A DNA stretch of 47,820 nt, taken from the NCBI RefSeq assembly GCF_001194135.2, contig NC_068983.1:148055647-148103466 (forward strand), in the 5' to 3' direction. Both the position numbers and the translations under genes were made by a program. The stretch's first letter is position 1, and each line of letters opens with the position of its first letter. Below, in pieces: positions 25,797 through 38,046 of the stretch. The DNA comes from Octopus bimaculoides. Its lineage: Eukaryota. A model generated the notes under the pieces. That model was not told where the DNA came from and made no database searches. It saw nothing but the letters and a program-made list of their open reading frames with translations.

Positions 25797-26827
25797 TTTA
25801 TATAATATGTTATTATTAATATCAGGAAATCAATATTAGAAAATTGTTCAGAAAGATATATACGTGTGTAAAATAATTGTTGTATTAAAAATATAAATAT
25901 AATATATAAATGTATGTAAATATGTATAAGTATAAATATATAATAATGACATTTTAAAAGTTTTGAATTAAGTTTTAAAAGCATCTTACGATCGTTTCGC
26001 AGAAGTGCTGTCCCTATAATGGAATTCTGTATTGATAAGCATTTATAGACAAACCTTCTGCGTTTCAGGGATATAAAATGTGAAATTTGTATAATTTATC
26101 GAATGGTAGTTTTATTTTCAATTTATATTGAAATATGAATTTATATTTTAAACAAACACCATTTCCCCATATTATTTCATAGTTTTTAAAAAAAATACCA
26201 TTCGTTAAATTATACAAATTTCACATTTGATATTTCAAAGGACCAAAAGAGTTATCTATAAATGCTTATCAATATAGGATTCCATTATTCTATATTATCT
26301 AAGTCTATGAACTACATTTGGAATACAAGACAATATAATGGATTTTACACATAACAATTATGGATTATTACAGAAAAATTACCAAGGAAGCATATATGGA
26401 TTTAATGACTCTCATACTAAAGTGTACTTACCAAAATCAAAAGCAGTAATTTTTTATTTTATTTTATATTTCAAACAAACATCATTTTCCTATATTACTT
26501 CATATATTTTAAAAACTACCATTCGATAAATTATACAAATTTCACATTTTATATCTCTGAAGAGCGGAAGAGTTGTCTATAAATGCTTATCAATATAGGA
26601 TTCCATTATAGGGACAGCACTTCTGCCAAACGATCGTATGATGCTTTAAAAACTTAATTCGAAACTTTTAAAATGTCATTATTAATATTTATACTTATTC
26701 ATTTTTACATATATTTATATATATTCACATTTTTAATACAACAATTATTTTACACACGTATATATCTTTCTGAACAAATTTCTAATATTAATTTCCTGAT
26801 ATTAATAATAATAATATATTATATAAA
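25797..26827. mobile_element. Foldback/MITE-like element with ~315 bp imperfect inverted arms and an internal direct repeat
   Basis: Arm 25797-26113 is the reverse complement of 26512-26827 (e.g. ACGATCGTTTCGCAGAAGTGCTGTCCCTATAATGGAAT vs ATTCCATTATAGGGACAGCACTTCTGCCAAACGATCGT). Segment 26138-26289 repeats 26462-26608 directly. Confidence 0.85.
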
Positions 26828-26973
26828 ATATATATAATCGCTCCTATTAAATACATAAATAATTTAATAGTATTAATACTTTAATACAATAGAGCACTCA
26901 ATATAAATTCAGTATATAATATTCTCATTGAATATATTTAACTAAAAATTTATATACATACATGTATATATAT

Positions 26974-27045
<72 letters not shown>

Positions 27046-27082
27046 AATAATAATAATCCTTGGATAGAATTTATAAACATTA

Positions 27083-27830
27083 AATGCATCGCTACGTGCG
27101 TTTCCGCAAATCACATATCTCTTAAGATGATAGTGCGTCTTCCTGGGATGATTACAGTGTAGACAGTAGTATCCGTGGGCATCTGGTTGATCAACTTCGT
27201 GGATTCATTTCTTCGGTCAATATAACATTTGATGGATGTTTAACAGAGGGATCTTATCCCCTTTGAGCAGTGCGAAGGTTGATTGAGTTATGTGGGCGTT
27301 TCTGTGGACATTTGTTGGGGTGGACCGGAAGGTGATGGAAAGAGAGGAAGGAATGGCAGTTATATGGAGATGAAGGTATGTGTGGTGATGTCGGACTTAT
27401 TTTATTATTCAATCTGCAGAGGACAAGGATGGGTAGTGCATTCTTTTGTTCGGTCTAATTTAGGACATGACTATCTACAACGTGTTCTGAAGTAAACAGT
27501 TCAGCCGTTACAGCCATTACAGCCATCATCTGTTACGGTCTATTGTCCGTATTGATAAATGATACTTTGTTAGGGTGGCCTTTTAATTGATTTCGCTCGT
27601 ATAGTGTATGGTATTCTGAATTGTAGTTTGTTTATTTGTTTGTGTTTCTCCTTGTTCTATAATATGCTAAAGGTAGTTGATGTTATTCCGTTTTAAAATG
27701 TTCTCTAATCGTTTGCTTTTATGTTTACATAATATGACCATCTTGGAGTGTCTATCACGTTTTCCCTGGATGTAATGATTTCCAGAGTTTCTCCTGTTTC
27801 TGTGAAGTGTAGCATTCTGTAAAGTTTAAG
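27083..27830 (-). mobile_element. Penelope-like 3' fragment (GIY-YIG remnant plus 3' end), second lineage
   Basis: Degenerate GITSTTF and RIPYTI segments of a PLE endonuclease, ending in a mutated hammerhead-like fold next to (TG)n/(AAT)n. Confidence 0.5.
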
Positions 27831-28129
27831 CTTCCAGACGAGGTTCGATAGTGATGTGAAGTACCTCTTATTTTGTTGTATCTGCCGTCCTTAACGTCGT
27901 GGCACCGCCACGATATTTTGACGGGTGGTTTAGATACACAGTACCAGTGTTGTAACAGTAAACAAGATAACGATACAGTCATAATAACAATGTAACGATC
28001 CAACAATCTCTTCACGAACCAACAATCAATATTCCAATTGAACCAGCCAACACCTTCCGATTTCACTACGAACTCAACTTGAACTAACCCACAAACTTCA
28101 CTCCAACCGCTACTATTCATAATTTCTTG

Positions 28130-28460
28130 TAGGATGGGGGATTCGTGTCTCTCATCAAAACATATTTATATTGAAAAATGATGTGAGATAGTTACGCAGA
28201 CGATTTTTCATGATGTCTCCAGTGTCACCAGTGTACACGTGTTTCTGCGTATCTACTTTCACCTCACATTTGTAAACCACATTCTTTACAATGCAGTTAT
28301 TGTTAAATCTGCATTTTCTTTACTTCTACAGTTACAGATGATATTTGTTCGTTCTCCCAGCAGAGTTATAAATAGTAGATCCCCTTCCCCTTCCTTCTAT
28401 AATCGTGTACTATTTTCCTTATGTGTTGATTGGAGTGTCACATGTGCGGTGTTGTTTCGG
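28130..28460 (-). mobile_element. Penelope-like GIY-YIG endonuclease fragment, second lineage
   Basis: CNCRSKEN..(frameshift)..NCIVKNVVYKCEVKVDTQKHVYTGDTGDIMKNRLRNYLTSF: VVY-x12-YTG motif with the conserved Arg. Confidence 0.75.
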
Positions 28461-28973
28461 TCCGTTTTTGCTATTGATGATCTTGTATTACCCCTATTTG
28501 CAAACCATTATATATATATATATATTTAATTTCACTGCTATTTACTATGGTGAAAAACTAATTTTTACACACGAAGTTGCCTTTAGAATTTGAACTATGC
28601 CCCAAACATTTTTGAACCAATCTAAAATTTGTTTGTTTTCCACCACTGCTTCGTACAGCTATTTATGCATTTGATCAGACAGGATGGTCTGCGTGCGTAA
28701 ATCAGTGACTAGCTTTTTCTAAGGTTTTCTGTCAGTTCAGGGTTTACCTCACCTTAGTGAAACGCAAAAAAAAATGAAAGAAGAAAATAAATGAGCATCT
28801 AGTGGTCCACAGAGTGTGCTTAGAGAGGATAATTGTGTATTTACACCTTTTACCATAAGTCTTTCTCCGTGTTAAACTGCTGTAAAATTGCCTGATGAAA
28901 TATGTCGCGAACATATTTGAAATAAACTAAAGTTGTATGTATGTATACATGTATGTATGTGTGAGTTTGTACG

Positions 28974-28974
<1 letters not shown>

Positions 28975-29024
<50 letters not shown>

Positions 29025-29099
29025 ATGTATATATATATATGAGGATAGATAGATAGACAGACAGGCAGACAGACAGAAGACAGACAGACAGACAGACAT

Positions 29100-29150
<51 letters not shown>
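28975..29150. repeat. (ATCT)n and (GATA/GACA)n tetranucleotide arrays in opposite orientation
   Basis: Directly visible. Confidence 0.95.
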
Positions 29151-29151
<1 letters not shown>

Positions 29152-30883
29152 AAAAATACATTAGCTAAATGAGAAGAGAGAGATGTATTGTATTGCTTTG
29201 GTTTTACCTTTACAACCTTCCTCAGAAATGTGTGAAAAAATCGAGTGATCGGTTTCGAACATTTGAACGAGAGATATTGTACGAGGATCAATTAAGATGT
29301 AATAACTTAGTATGGGAATTCGTGAAAAGCGAAAACAGTTTAAATAGTTAAAACGCATGAAGCAATTTTACGTAACACGATGCAATGATATTTCTGCATC
29401 AATTCCTCCAGATGCGTGTGCAATTCATTTTGGTCAGTTATATGGCTACGAATTGTACACTAAAGCAATGCATTTAACTAAACTAAGTCAGTTGTGAGGA
29501 AAATCTAGACTCAAGCAAGAATAGTCCTGAATTTGACAGAGTACGCAAGTAATAATTGCAAACATCTACCCATTTGAACACCTGTTCGGCGGTAAAACAA
29601 AATGAACAATTTTTGAGAATTACTAACTGGTTACATGTTTCCGTTGTCTACGAAATTTATTAACCACTTATGGAGTTAAACTATTATATCATAACTCTTC
29701 TTGAAGAATAAACAGAAAATGGAACCTAAGAACAAACTATCTTTCAAATTATAAAGCGGTCGTGAGTGAATGCACACGTCATTTGCAAGTATGTAGATTG
29801 AGATAAATCTATCGTACTTTCCCATTTCTATTGATAATATATTTTTACTGCTGCAGTCTCTCAGTAGTTTCGTAGACTTTAATATTCCTTAGACCTTTTA
29901 TTCCTTAAGCATAGTTGGGATTAAATTAAAAGCAGTTAAATCATATAGAAGCATAATCTAGGTTATCGAAACCACTGGGCTACTCGATATTAGTAACAAT
30001 TTAGCATAAGTGATCTTATCAATTACGTGAAATTAAAGAATGAATATGTATAAAATTGATTTCTTGGATCTACAACACACATTAACAGAAGTATGTGCTA
30101 TTTTTCATGATTGTACTTATATTTTAACTATGAATCGACCTACACGACACTTAGTATATAAACGTAGATAGGCTGGATCTACGTTGAATAAACAGTTTTT
30201 GTTAAAGATAAAACCAAAACCAAATTGCCCCTAATTGTCCTGAAAATGTAGGTGTGAACTGACGCACTGAAAGTGTGATAGCTTAGTAATGAAAAGGGTA
30301 TATAAAGATTAAAAACTATTGTTAGAAGCAAAGTTTAATTTTCGTAAATTTATTAATTTAATGGACAGACACCTTTGTGCATCGTGGGCTTTCATCAACT
30401 GAACAAGATATATTGAATATGCATTTATGCTAAGTATTTTGTGATACCCTCGAAGAACCAGAAAACAGATGAATGCTAACGCAGTCTATTAAAATATTTG
30501 AACAGATAAGTACAGAGCTTTCTGCTAACGCATTAAAATCAATGCAAATATTTTCAAGTAACACAAATACGATGTGTCTCAAACCAAGGTCAAGTTAACA
30601 TACAATATGGTAAAGGACATTTTACCAGCAACTTACAGACCCGATGGAAACAAAGCATTATTTTCATTTTCCAGTAGTTATCACCGACACTGTATATTTA
30701 CGCATGAACAAATAAAAATAATAATAATAATAACATTTTCTTTATAAAGTTATTAGTAATATTGATAATCATATCATAATACGATAATAAGAGTACTAGA
30801 TTAGTAGAAAAGAAGAATTGTTTATTCTAAAGGAAATTTCTAACTTTAAATTAGATTTTATTCAATAAAAGTTCAACTGCAGA

Positions 30884-30991
30884 TCAACCAGCAGCATTTC
30901 CTTGTATTTTCCATTGTTCCTGAAATGGAGAAACGTAATTTGGGAAATTAGGAACATGATTCCGATTTCCGCCTAATCTTTCAATGAAATT
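30884..30991 (-). CDS. Candidate terminal coding exon, product unknown
   Basis: Strong acceptor ttattttattttgcag, phase 0, reading NFIERLGGNRNHVPNFPNYVSPFQEQWKIQGNAAG*. AATAAA lies at 30857-30862, which is weak evidence in AT-rich DNA. Confidence 0.45.
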   Translation of the reverse strand, partial: NFIERLGGNRNHVPNFPNYVSPFQEQWKIQGNAAG

Positions 30992-31304
30992 CTGCAAAAT
31001 AAAATAATAATAAACTGTTCGTCGATGAAAAAAAAAAACTTCTTTTGACGATAATGACAACAAAAATGAATTTCTTTTATTTGGCACAGAGGCATCAGTC
31101 GAGGAAGACATTACAAGTAGAGCTACGATTCGTGCGAGGGTTTACAGAAAAAAAGATGAGGGAAAGAAACGAAGAGGAGTAAGAGGAAGTAAAAAGAATA
31201 CATACTACACAAAATACATGATCACACAGATGATGTAGCCCTCCTGAGATAGCCCATCCTTCAGCTTGGGCTATACGGTTTTAATGCCTATGGCGAAGGA
31301 TACT

Positions 31305-33100
31305 TTATGGTAGACGAAGCTGAAAAGATTCTGTCAAGCTCCCATCGATTTTCTCAAGTTTCACTTTGAAAGAAAAGTGAGGTTGAAGAGTGAAGTGCTC
31401 TGCACCAACAAATTTATCAAGAGGTAGGTAATTATGACAACAACGTTTAAGATGAATGAAATTAATATAAGCATACGCCTGTAAATTAGGGAACAACAGA
31501 TTGGTGATGGCTTGAAGACTTGGTGATCCGGGTAATCTAGGTTCTGGTTCCTTGATTAACCCAAGTTGGAGGCTTGACAGCTTCAGGAGGACTGCATCAT
31601 CTCAGATGTCTTCCCCTTTGATATGGCTATTAATTCAGTGGTTCAAACCACTAAGGTTTTCCTCTACCGGTACCGATTTCTTCGGGTTAATGTGTCCAGT
31701 TGTTACCGCCTTAAATACTTTCAGTCTGACTGTAGCCATCTCAATTTCCTTTAGATCCAACATTATCACACTGTGTGCCTCCATATGCTTTGGCGACTTT
31801 TACGTGACCCAGTTGGAAGATACTACTTCTCAGCATCTCTACATCTTGGCAATAGTTAAAGAACTAAAACAATAGAATTAGTATGTGATGATACCTTTGA
31901 TGTCCCGTGTGTATTATTCAAAGTGGTTCTGAATAAAGCTTGTCAAGTCTGGCCATTAAACTCCATATTAAAGTCATGTACATTTTGAAAGTGAAACCAA
32001 AAACAGTGGTACTAAAAATATCTATTAAGTAACAATAGTCGGCCCTCTGAAAGCTTTAGAGTGATCTACATTTATTAGAATACAATCGAGTCTAGTTCTC
32101 TTAGTATCCATCGTCTGTAGAATATCTGCATGATGTGGAATTAATTGTCTCTATATATTTTGGGAATCACACAGGTCCACGCCCATCTATCCACACTACC
32201 TACAAGTAAATACTTTTCCTCGGTATCTTGGTTAAAATCATTCAGCAGAGACATGGGTGGGAACTTATCAAATAATGTGATCCTTGTTAATGTACTTCGT
32301 TAGCAGTGCCATCGCTACTTGACTTCTTTAGCTGGGAATAGTCTTAGCCTGTTGCTAATGGTAATACACAACTATCAAGTCCGTAGCGAGCAAGTCTAAC
32401 ATATATTTGCAAAGTTCAAAACTGCCACTAGTCTGAAAAGCCTCCACCTATCCAGATTTAAAAACTGTTCTCTATCTTGAGATCTTTGTCTTTTCAACAG
32501 TGGTTGTGGTTGCTGTTTTGGTTACTGCAGCTGCAGTTATTGTTAGTGTCGTCAACAGTAGTATGTATCATTGTTCATGTGACGTCTGTTGTGGATAAAT
32601 GGCACGTTTGTGGTTGGTGCAACAATATTTGTATCATTTGAGTCATCTGCTTAGAAACATAACGTGCAGCTGTATGTGTAGATGCAATACTTGGCAAAAG
32701 TTTTTTGAGAAAGACTAGTTGAAGCTTGCAAGTTTCCCCTCTTCACGATACCAATGTTTATCGAAGGAACAGGCTGGTGACTAGGCTCGATACAATATGG
32801 CAGTAGTATCGTCGGAGACAGTGCAGTCGTCGTAGACCTCGGAACCATAGACATCTTGCCCGACTCTTCAACGGTTCAACTGATTTGCCCTTTTGGATTG
32901 ATATTTTTATTATACCTGCGTAATGAAATACCACCGGAAAAGAGGTGATGTAAACATACATCATAGAAATGGTTCCAGAGAATAACAAAACGAATATAGT
33001 AGGGGATATGGTAAACAATACAGATAAAGATATCAACGCAATTCCATATGATGTTGTCAATGGCCATTAAGAAACGGAGTGCCTCCTGAGCGAAATAACA
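31305..33100 (-). pseudogene. Decayed intronless ORF, possibly a type II membrane glycosyltransferase (GT92/DUF23-like)
   Basis: Microsatellite-free block of more balanced composition. Order of elements: hydrophobic N-terminus, Thr-rich stem with NDT sequons, WQF*TLQIYV, WTCVIPKIY, IFYRRWILRELDSIVF, EFNGQT*QAL..GTSK. Many stops and frameshifts; no DxD motif seen. Confidence 0.4.
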
Positions 33101-33691
33101 GTCCCAAAAGTCGATAATGAATCTTTAAAAGAATTGAAAAAATTAGCCAAATATATATATCTTGGGAATGATTTTAAAATATGCAGATAACAACATACCA
33201 AATCCCACAGCAGCTACAGATATAAATAACAGTGAAAAGAATTCCACTTGACTCTGCATACATATTAGGAAGAATGTCTATACGACAGGAAAACATGGGG
33301 CCGTGCTTATCGCGCAGTTATAGCACGTTATAAAATGACTACAGAAAAATATAACGACAGTAGCAAATCAGTTTTAACTACTAAATCTAAATCTAAAGGT
33401 GTAGCAAAAACAGACATATAGTACTCTTTATTGAAGAAAGGAAAACTTGGGGAACATTCACATCTACGTGAACAATATTCGGTGAACACATTGCGTGACG
33501 TTAAAAAGAAACACTAACCCCAGACTGAATGATGCAACAGAAACTTCAACACACGCCATATTAACATCAACTGTCCTTCAATGTAGATAACACATGTCTT
33601 ATGGTGAATCTTTCTGTGTCAATACCTTACGTTGTAATATGCTTCCCTACACTAATGCAAGTATACTGGTATATGTTTTGTTTCGGTGCTT

Positions 33692-33795
33692 TATGTTCTA
33701 AGATCAATTCCTGTGGAGGTTAAGTTTGTCTTTCATCCTTCGGGGTTCGATAAAATGAAATACCAGTCCAGTACTGGGGTCGATGCTATGAACTA
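33692..33795 (+). mobile_element. SINE family 1 fragment
   Basis: CTTTCATCCTTCGGGGTTCGATAAAAT...CAGTACTGGGGTCGAT, homologous to the copy at 2525 in the opposite orientation. Confidence 0.7.
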
Positions 33796-33871
33796 TCAAC
33801 ATTCCCTCAGCATTTCTGTTCTTATGTCTGAATTCGAAACTTTCAGGGTAGAAGATAGGCAGAATCTTTAC

Positions 33872-33936
33872 AGAATCGGACAAACTGCGTTGCTGCAGTA
33901 TTCTGGCTCTTTCCATTCTCAGTTGAGTTTTCATTG
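33872..33936 (-). CDS. Candidate 65-nt exon with two open frames
   Basis: Long pyrimidine tract ending aactgcag; donor TCT|gtaaag. Reads MKTQLRMERARILQQRSLSDS (phase 1-0) or NENSTENGKSQNTAATQFVRF (phase 2-1). Confidence 0.35.
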
Positions 33937-34410
33937 CTGCAGTTAACACAAATACAGAAAGAAAAAAATTAAATACAATGGCAAAGTGAAACATTATAGG
34001 ACGCATAGATATGAGTGCTTGCCGGGTTTTCTAAAATATTATCTAGTTTATCAGCACCGTGTGCGTTGAATCTACTACACAGGAATTAAGGAAGAACCTC
34101 ATTCAATTTCTACTGTTAAGTTTGTCGAAGTTAATTCAAGAAACCTGTCGCAAGGTCAACTTGTAGAATCATGACTTGACCCAGCGCTAAATACATACAT
34201 TCACATGTCTTTGAGTATAATGTTTCTTGCGTTATTTTACTCGGTACACATACAGATTTCTGTTATAGCTATGAATTTCTCAACATCGTCATCTAATCAT
34301 TTAGAGTTCTGTGCGTACGCCATTGATCAGAACGACCTGAATGTACTGTATACATCAAATATACTTGTAAAATCACTATCTGTCGGTTTGACTACCTTTT
34401 TCTTTCTCAC

Positions 34411-34506
34411 GTTTCCTCTTCTTCATGACTTCTTTCCCCGCCATTATAAGTTATTTTAAGAAGGTATTTGCCATATCCGTTTTGTATGGAATAATCTTGG
34501 TTGTAT
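34411..34506 (-). CDS. Candidate 96-nt symmetric exon (phase 2-2)
   Basis: Acceptor tctttgattgaacag, donor AC|gtgaga; reads YNQDYSIQNGYGKYLLKITYNGGERSHEEEE. Confidence 0.35.
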
Positions 34507-34649
34507 CTGTTCAATCAAAGATTTGAAAACGCTTCATTTCGTTTCTCATATAATTTTGAGTATTTTAGTAGTTTTTCATGTTTGAATGAAATGCTATTTG
34601 CTTTTCAGGGAACATGCGTGCTTTGCTGTTGCTAGAAGTGATTATTTTC

Positions 34650-34852
34650 TTTCTAATTTTCGGCACAAAGCCAGCAATTTTATTGTGTTGGAATCAAGCT
34701 GAGTACATCGGCCTGGTAATCATTTTATCGACCCCCGGAAGTCTGAAATTCGAAGTCGGCCTCGAGGTAATTTGAACTTAGAACGTAAAGAGCCGTAGGT
34801 AATGCCACTAAGAATTATTCCGGTGCGAAACGATTCCACCATCCCGCAGCCT
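34650..34852 (-). mobile_element. SINE family 1, diverged copy
   Basis: GGCACAAAGCCAGCAATTT...TTTTATCGACCCC...AATTTGAACTTAGAACGTAAAG. Confidence 0.75.
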
Positions 34853-34908
34853 TGTTGCTGGAAGTAATTTTGCTGACAGTTGTAGAGTCTCCTTTCTGCT
34901 ACTTTCAC

Positions 34909-34965
34909 TGACAACGACTTCCCCATCGACCAGCATTAAACATAACTACATCTGCCATCAACGAA
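34909..34965 (-). CDS. Candidate 57-nt symmetric exon (phase 2-2)
   Basis: Strong acceptor cttctctctccccttcaacacag, weaker donor CA|gtgaaa; reads SLMADVVMFNAGRWGSRC. Confidence 0.25.
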
Positions 34966-35339
34966 CTGTGTTGAAGGGGAGAGAGAAGTGCTTGTAACTA
35001 CAAGAAAAAAACTATAGCGTGGGGGAAAAAGAAACATTAATAACAATAGCAACATCTAAAACGGAAGTTGGTGGTGATGTTGTTATTGGTTAGTACCATG
35101 AAACTGAGCCAAGTCATCTAGGAATTGTTCAGTTGTCGCATATTCACAACTATTACTGTCACTGGATGTCTTAACTATGCTTGATTTGGGTCTTGTCGAT
35201 AATTTGGCGGCTCAATCAGATAGAGGATGAATTTCTGCATTGCTCTGTATTATTCTGTTTTTATCCTCTGGGCACAGAGTTGAACATCGGAAAACCGATA
35301 GTGCTCTAGTAGACAAGAGAGAACATTCGTATTCTATCA

Positions 35340-35640
35340 TAGGCATTTCTTGCACTGGCGATGGCAGAAACGCCCGAAAGGAAAGAAAAAAAATCTGATG
35401 AGATATGAAGTTCTAAAAAGAGAAATCAGAAAGTTGTGGTTAATGAAAAAGACGTATATTGTGCTAATAATTGTTGTCCTAACTACACTGAGCATAGAAA
35501 CTGGGTTGGAAACGACACGCAGAGAAATGAATACAGAGTACATCCAGAAAACAACAATACTTGGCAGTGTAAGGAGATTCCGCAAAGTTTTAGAGACTTG
35601 AAAAGAAAGTACTGCCTTAGTTCAAGGTAAGTGAACAGCT
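35340..35640 (+). mobile_element. R4/Dong-like element 3' end
   Basis: RYEVLKREIRKLWLMKK...EYIQKTTILGSVRRFRKVLET*, homologous to the C-termini at 16.7-18.5 kb. Confidence 0.8.
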
Positions 35641-35700
35641 AGAACATTAATGAACCCTCAGCAACAAGCTCAATGTGTTAGGTGTAATAATAAGAGCAGT

Positions 35701-35789
35701 GAAGAAGAAGAAGAAGAAGAAGAAGAAGAAGAAGAAGAAGAAGAAGAAGAAGAAGAAGAAGAAGAAGAAGAAGAAGAAGAAGAAGAAGA
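35701..35789. repeat. (GAA)n microsatellite
   Basis: Directly visible; source of the poly-Glu ORF. Confidence 0.95.
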
Positions 35790-35823
35790 TCGCTTAAAAG
35801 AAAGGCAACAAGGACAAGAATAT

Positions 35824-36022
35824 TCTTTTCTACTCTAGGCACAAGGCCCGAAATTTTAGGGGAGGGGGCCAGTCGATTAGATCGACCCCAGTATGCAACT
35901 GGTACTTAATTATCGACCTCGAAAGGATGAAAGGCAAAGTCGACCTCAGCGGAATTTGAACTCAGAGCGTAAAACAGTCGAAAATCCGGTAAGCGTGCTA
36001 ACGTTTCTGCCAGCTCGGCGCC
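35824..36022 (-). mobile_element. SINE family 1 copy
   Basis: GGCACAAGGCCCGAAATT...GTCGATTAGATCGACCCCAG...GGAATTTGAACTCAGAGCGTAAA...GCCAGCTCG. Confidence 0.85.
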
Positions 36023-36146
36023 TTAAGGACAAGAATATTAAATAAACAAAACAGATTTTAAGTTGATATCAGAATTTTATTATCATCAACTCTTCTTTAA
36101 GATTTTGAGAATAATAATTATAATAATAATCATAATAATGATAATT

Positions 36147-36184
<38 letters not shown>

Positions 36185-38015
36185 GTCAACAATAATTCTT
36201 TTTATAATTATATTAAAGATGATATCGTAAAACGTGTTTCTCTGTTCAATTATGACTGTGATTTCAGTGATTGAGTGTCTAGAAATGAGATAGTGAAAAT
36301 GAAAGTAGGAAATAGTAATTTCTATGATACTTGAAGAGTGTAAAAAGGAAGGGGAGGAGGGGTCATATTTGTATGCAATTCAGACCGGGAATATCAAAGG
36401 AAACGAATACAATTTTTGATGAGTATATTTTCATATAATGACGAAAGATGTAGTTTAAACGATGCTTTTTTTTTTTTTTTAATTATTATCAGTGTAATGT
36501 TGTACAACAGTGAGAAAAAATGCCAAATAAAGTAATTAGTTGGTGTTGATATTGTTGGTTTTCAGTCATCGTTGTTCTTGTAGATGTTGATGATGTTATT
36601 GTTGTTGATGTTGTTGATCATTAACTGGAAAATAATGACTTCTTCTTAACCAATCAGTGTCGAGTAGTAGATATTTAATTGAATTTCGATAAAGCAAAAA
36701 TTGTGCAATTAAAAAATATCTATGTCTCCTGGCTCTCATTGTTTAGTTGTATGATTCTTTTGATTTCTTTTGTATTGTATTATGACAACATTGTCATATC
36801 TTAAAAAGATATTTCAAGCTAGAAAAATAGAGCTTTTTGATAATTTAGTTTAAAAAAAAAAGAAAAGAAAAAATTCCTCTTGCAAAGATTTTCACACAGG
36901 GTTAGTGGGGTGGGGGTGTTTTTTAAATTGGAGACGACAATGATACTAAGTTTACATAATATTTTCATATTATTACTAACGAAAACGTATACGACAATGC
37001 CCTCATATTTGCAGTTGAAAACAAAAGGAAAAAAAAATTGTCAGTTCTACAGTCACAATAAATTTTCTTTCGAATTTTCGTCTTTGATGCCATTCGTTAT
37101 ATTAATTTATTACATAGACACAGGGCTGCAAATCGAAAATATATGTGAAGGGCTTCTGTTTATATTCATGCTTATTTCACTGCGAAAAACAATCACGAGT
37201 AATTGTCACAGACTCTTCGTTGTGTTCTTATTTCGTGTATCAAGTACTGGTCTCAGTATTTTACAGGTTATATGGATCTATCCATATAACCAAGGATTTT
37301 AAACTATTTCGTGATATAAGTGAAGAGCATTAAAGTTTAGCGAATTAAATCAAGAACGATTCAAAACTACATCGTGAATTGACAGGCCTTAAATATCAAA
37401 CTTTATATTATTGATATCTCTTTGATTATCCCTAGCTTCAGTTTTGTAGAGGACTTTGGTTCAATCTACCCAGTGTATTACTGACAGTTATACAGATGCA
37501 GGTGGGATAAAAGGCAAAATTGTCACTAATATTTCATCTGAGGGGATAGAGAGATGATCTATCGTTTCTATAAACTCACCGTCTTTATGTTTTAATAATC
37601 ACTAATGCAGCACTGAACATATTGCCGAAAATAATGTTAGTTTTATAGCTGTAACGTAGCTTTGATTCAAGAATTTATAGTGATCTAAATTAGAGATTTA
37701 TTCCAGTTACAGCATGAGTTCAATAGATTCAACGCTTATATTAAGAAACCTGTCCTGTTTGCAATTCTTCAAGATAAGGGATCATATTAAAATGATTCAA
37801 TCTTTACATGGAGCTACATTAATTGCTACATGGAACATTAATTGTTTACTAACATCTCATGTATAAATTTCATCTTTATACGGAAATTGATTTTCACGGA
37901 CATTTTCGGGTTTGTTGCCTAAACATACATGCATACAAATATACACACACATACACGTACACATATACTTTCTTACGATATAGATATAAAGTAACCCATG
38001 AATACATGCATGTGG

Positions 38016-38046
<31 letters not shown>

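Noticed and set aside
28892-28922. CUGAUGA, a 7-bp stem, then GAAA
   Set aside because: An extra U precedes G12, and no stem III/UH triplet or stem I can be drawn.
31090-31178. Plus-strand exon candidate ASVEEDITSRATIRARVYRKK...
   Set aside because: Two frames are open because of purine-rich low complexity, and it has no supported partner exon.
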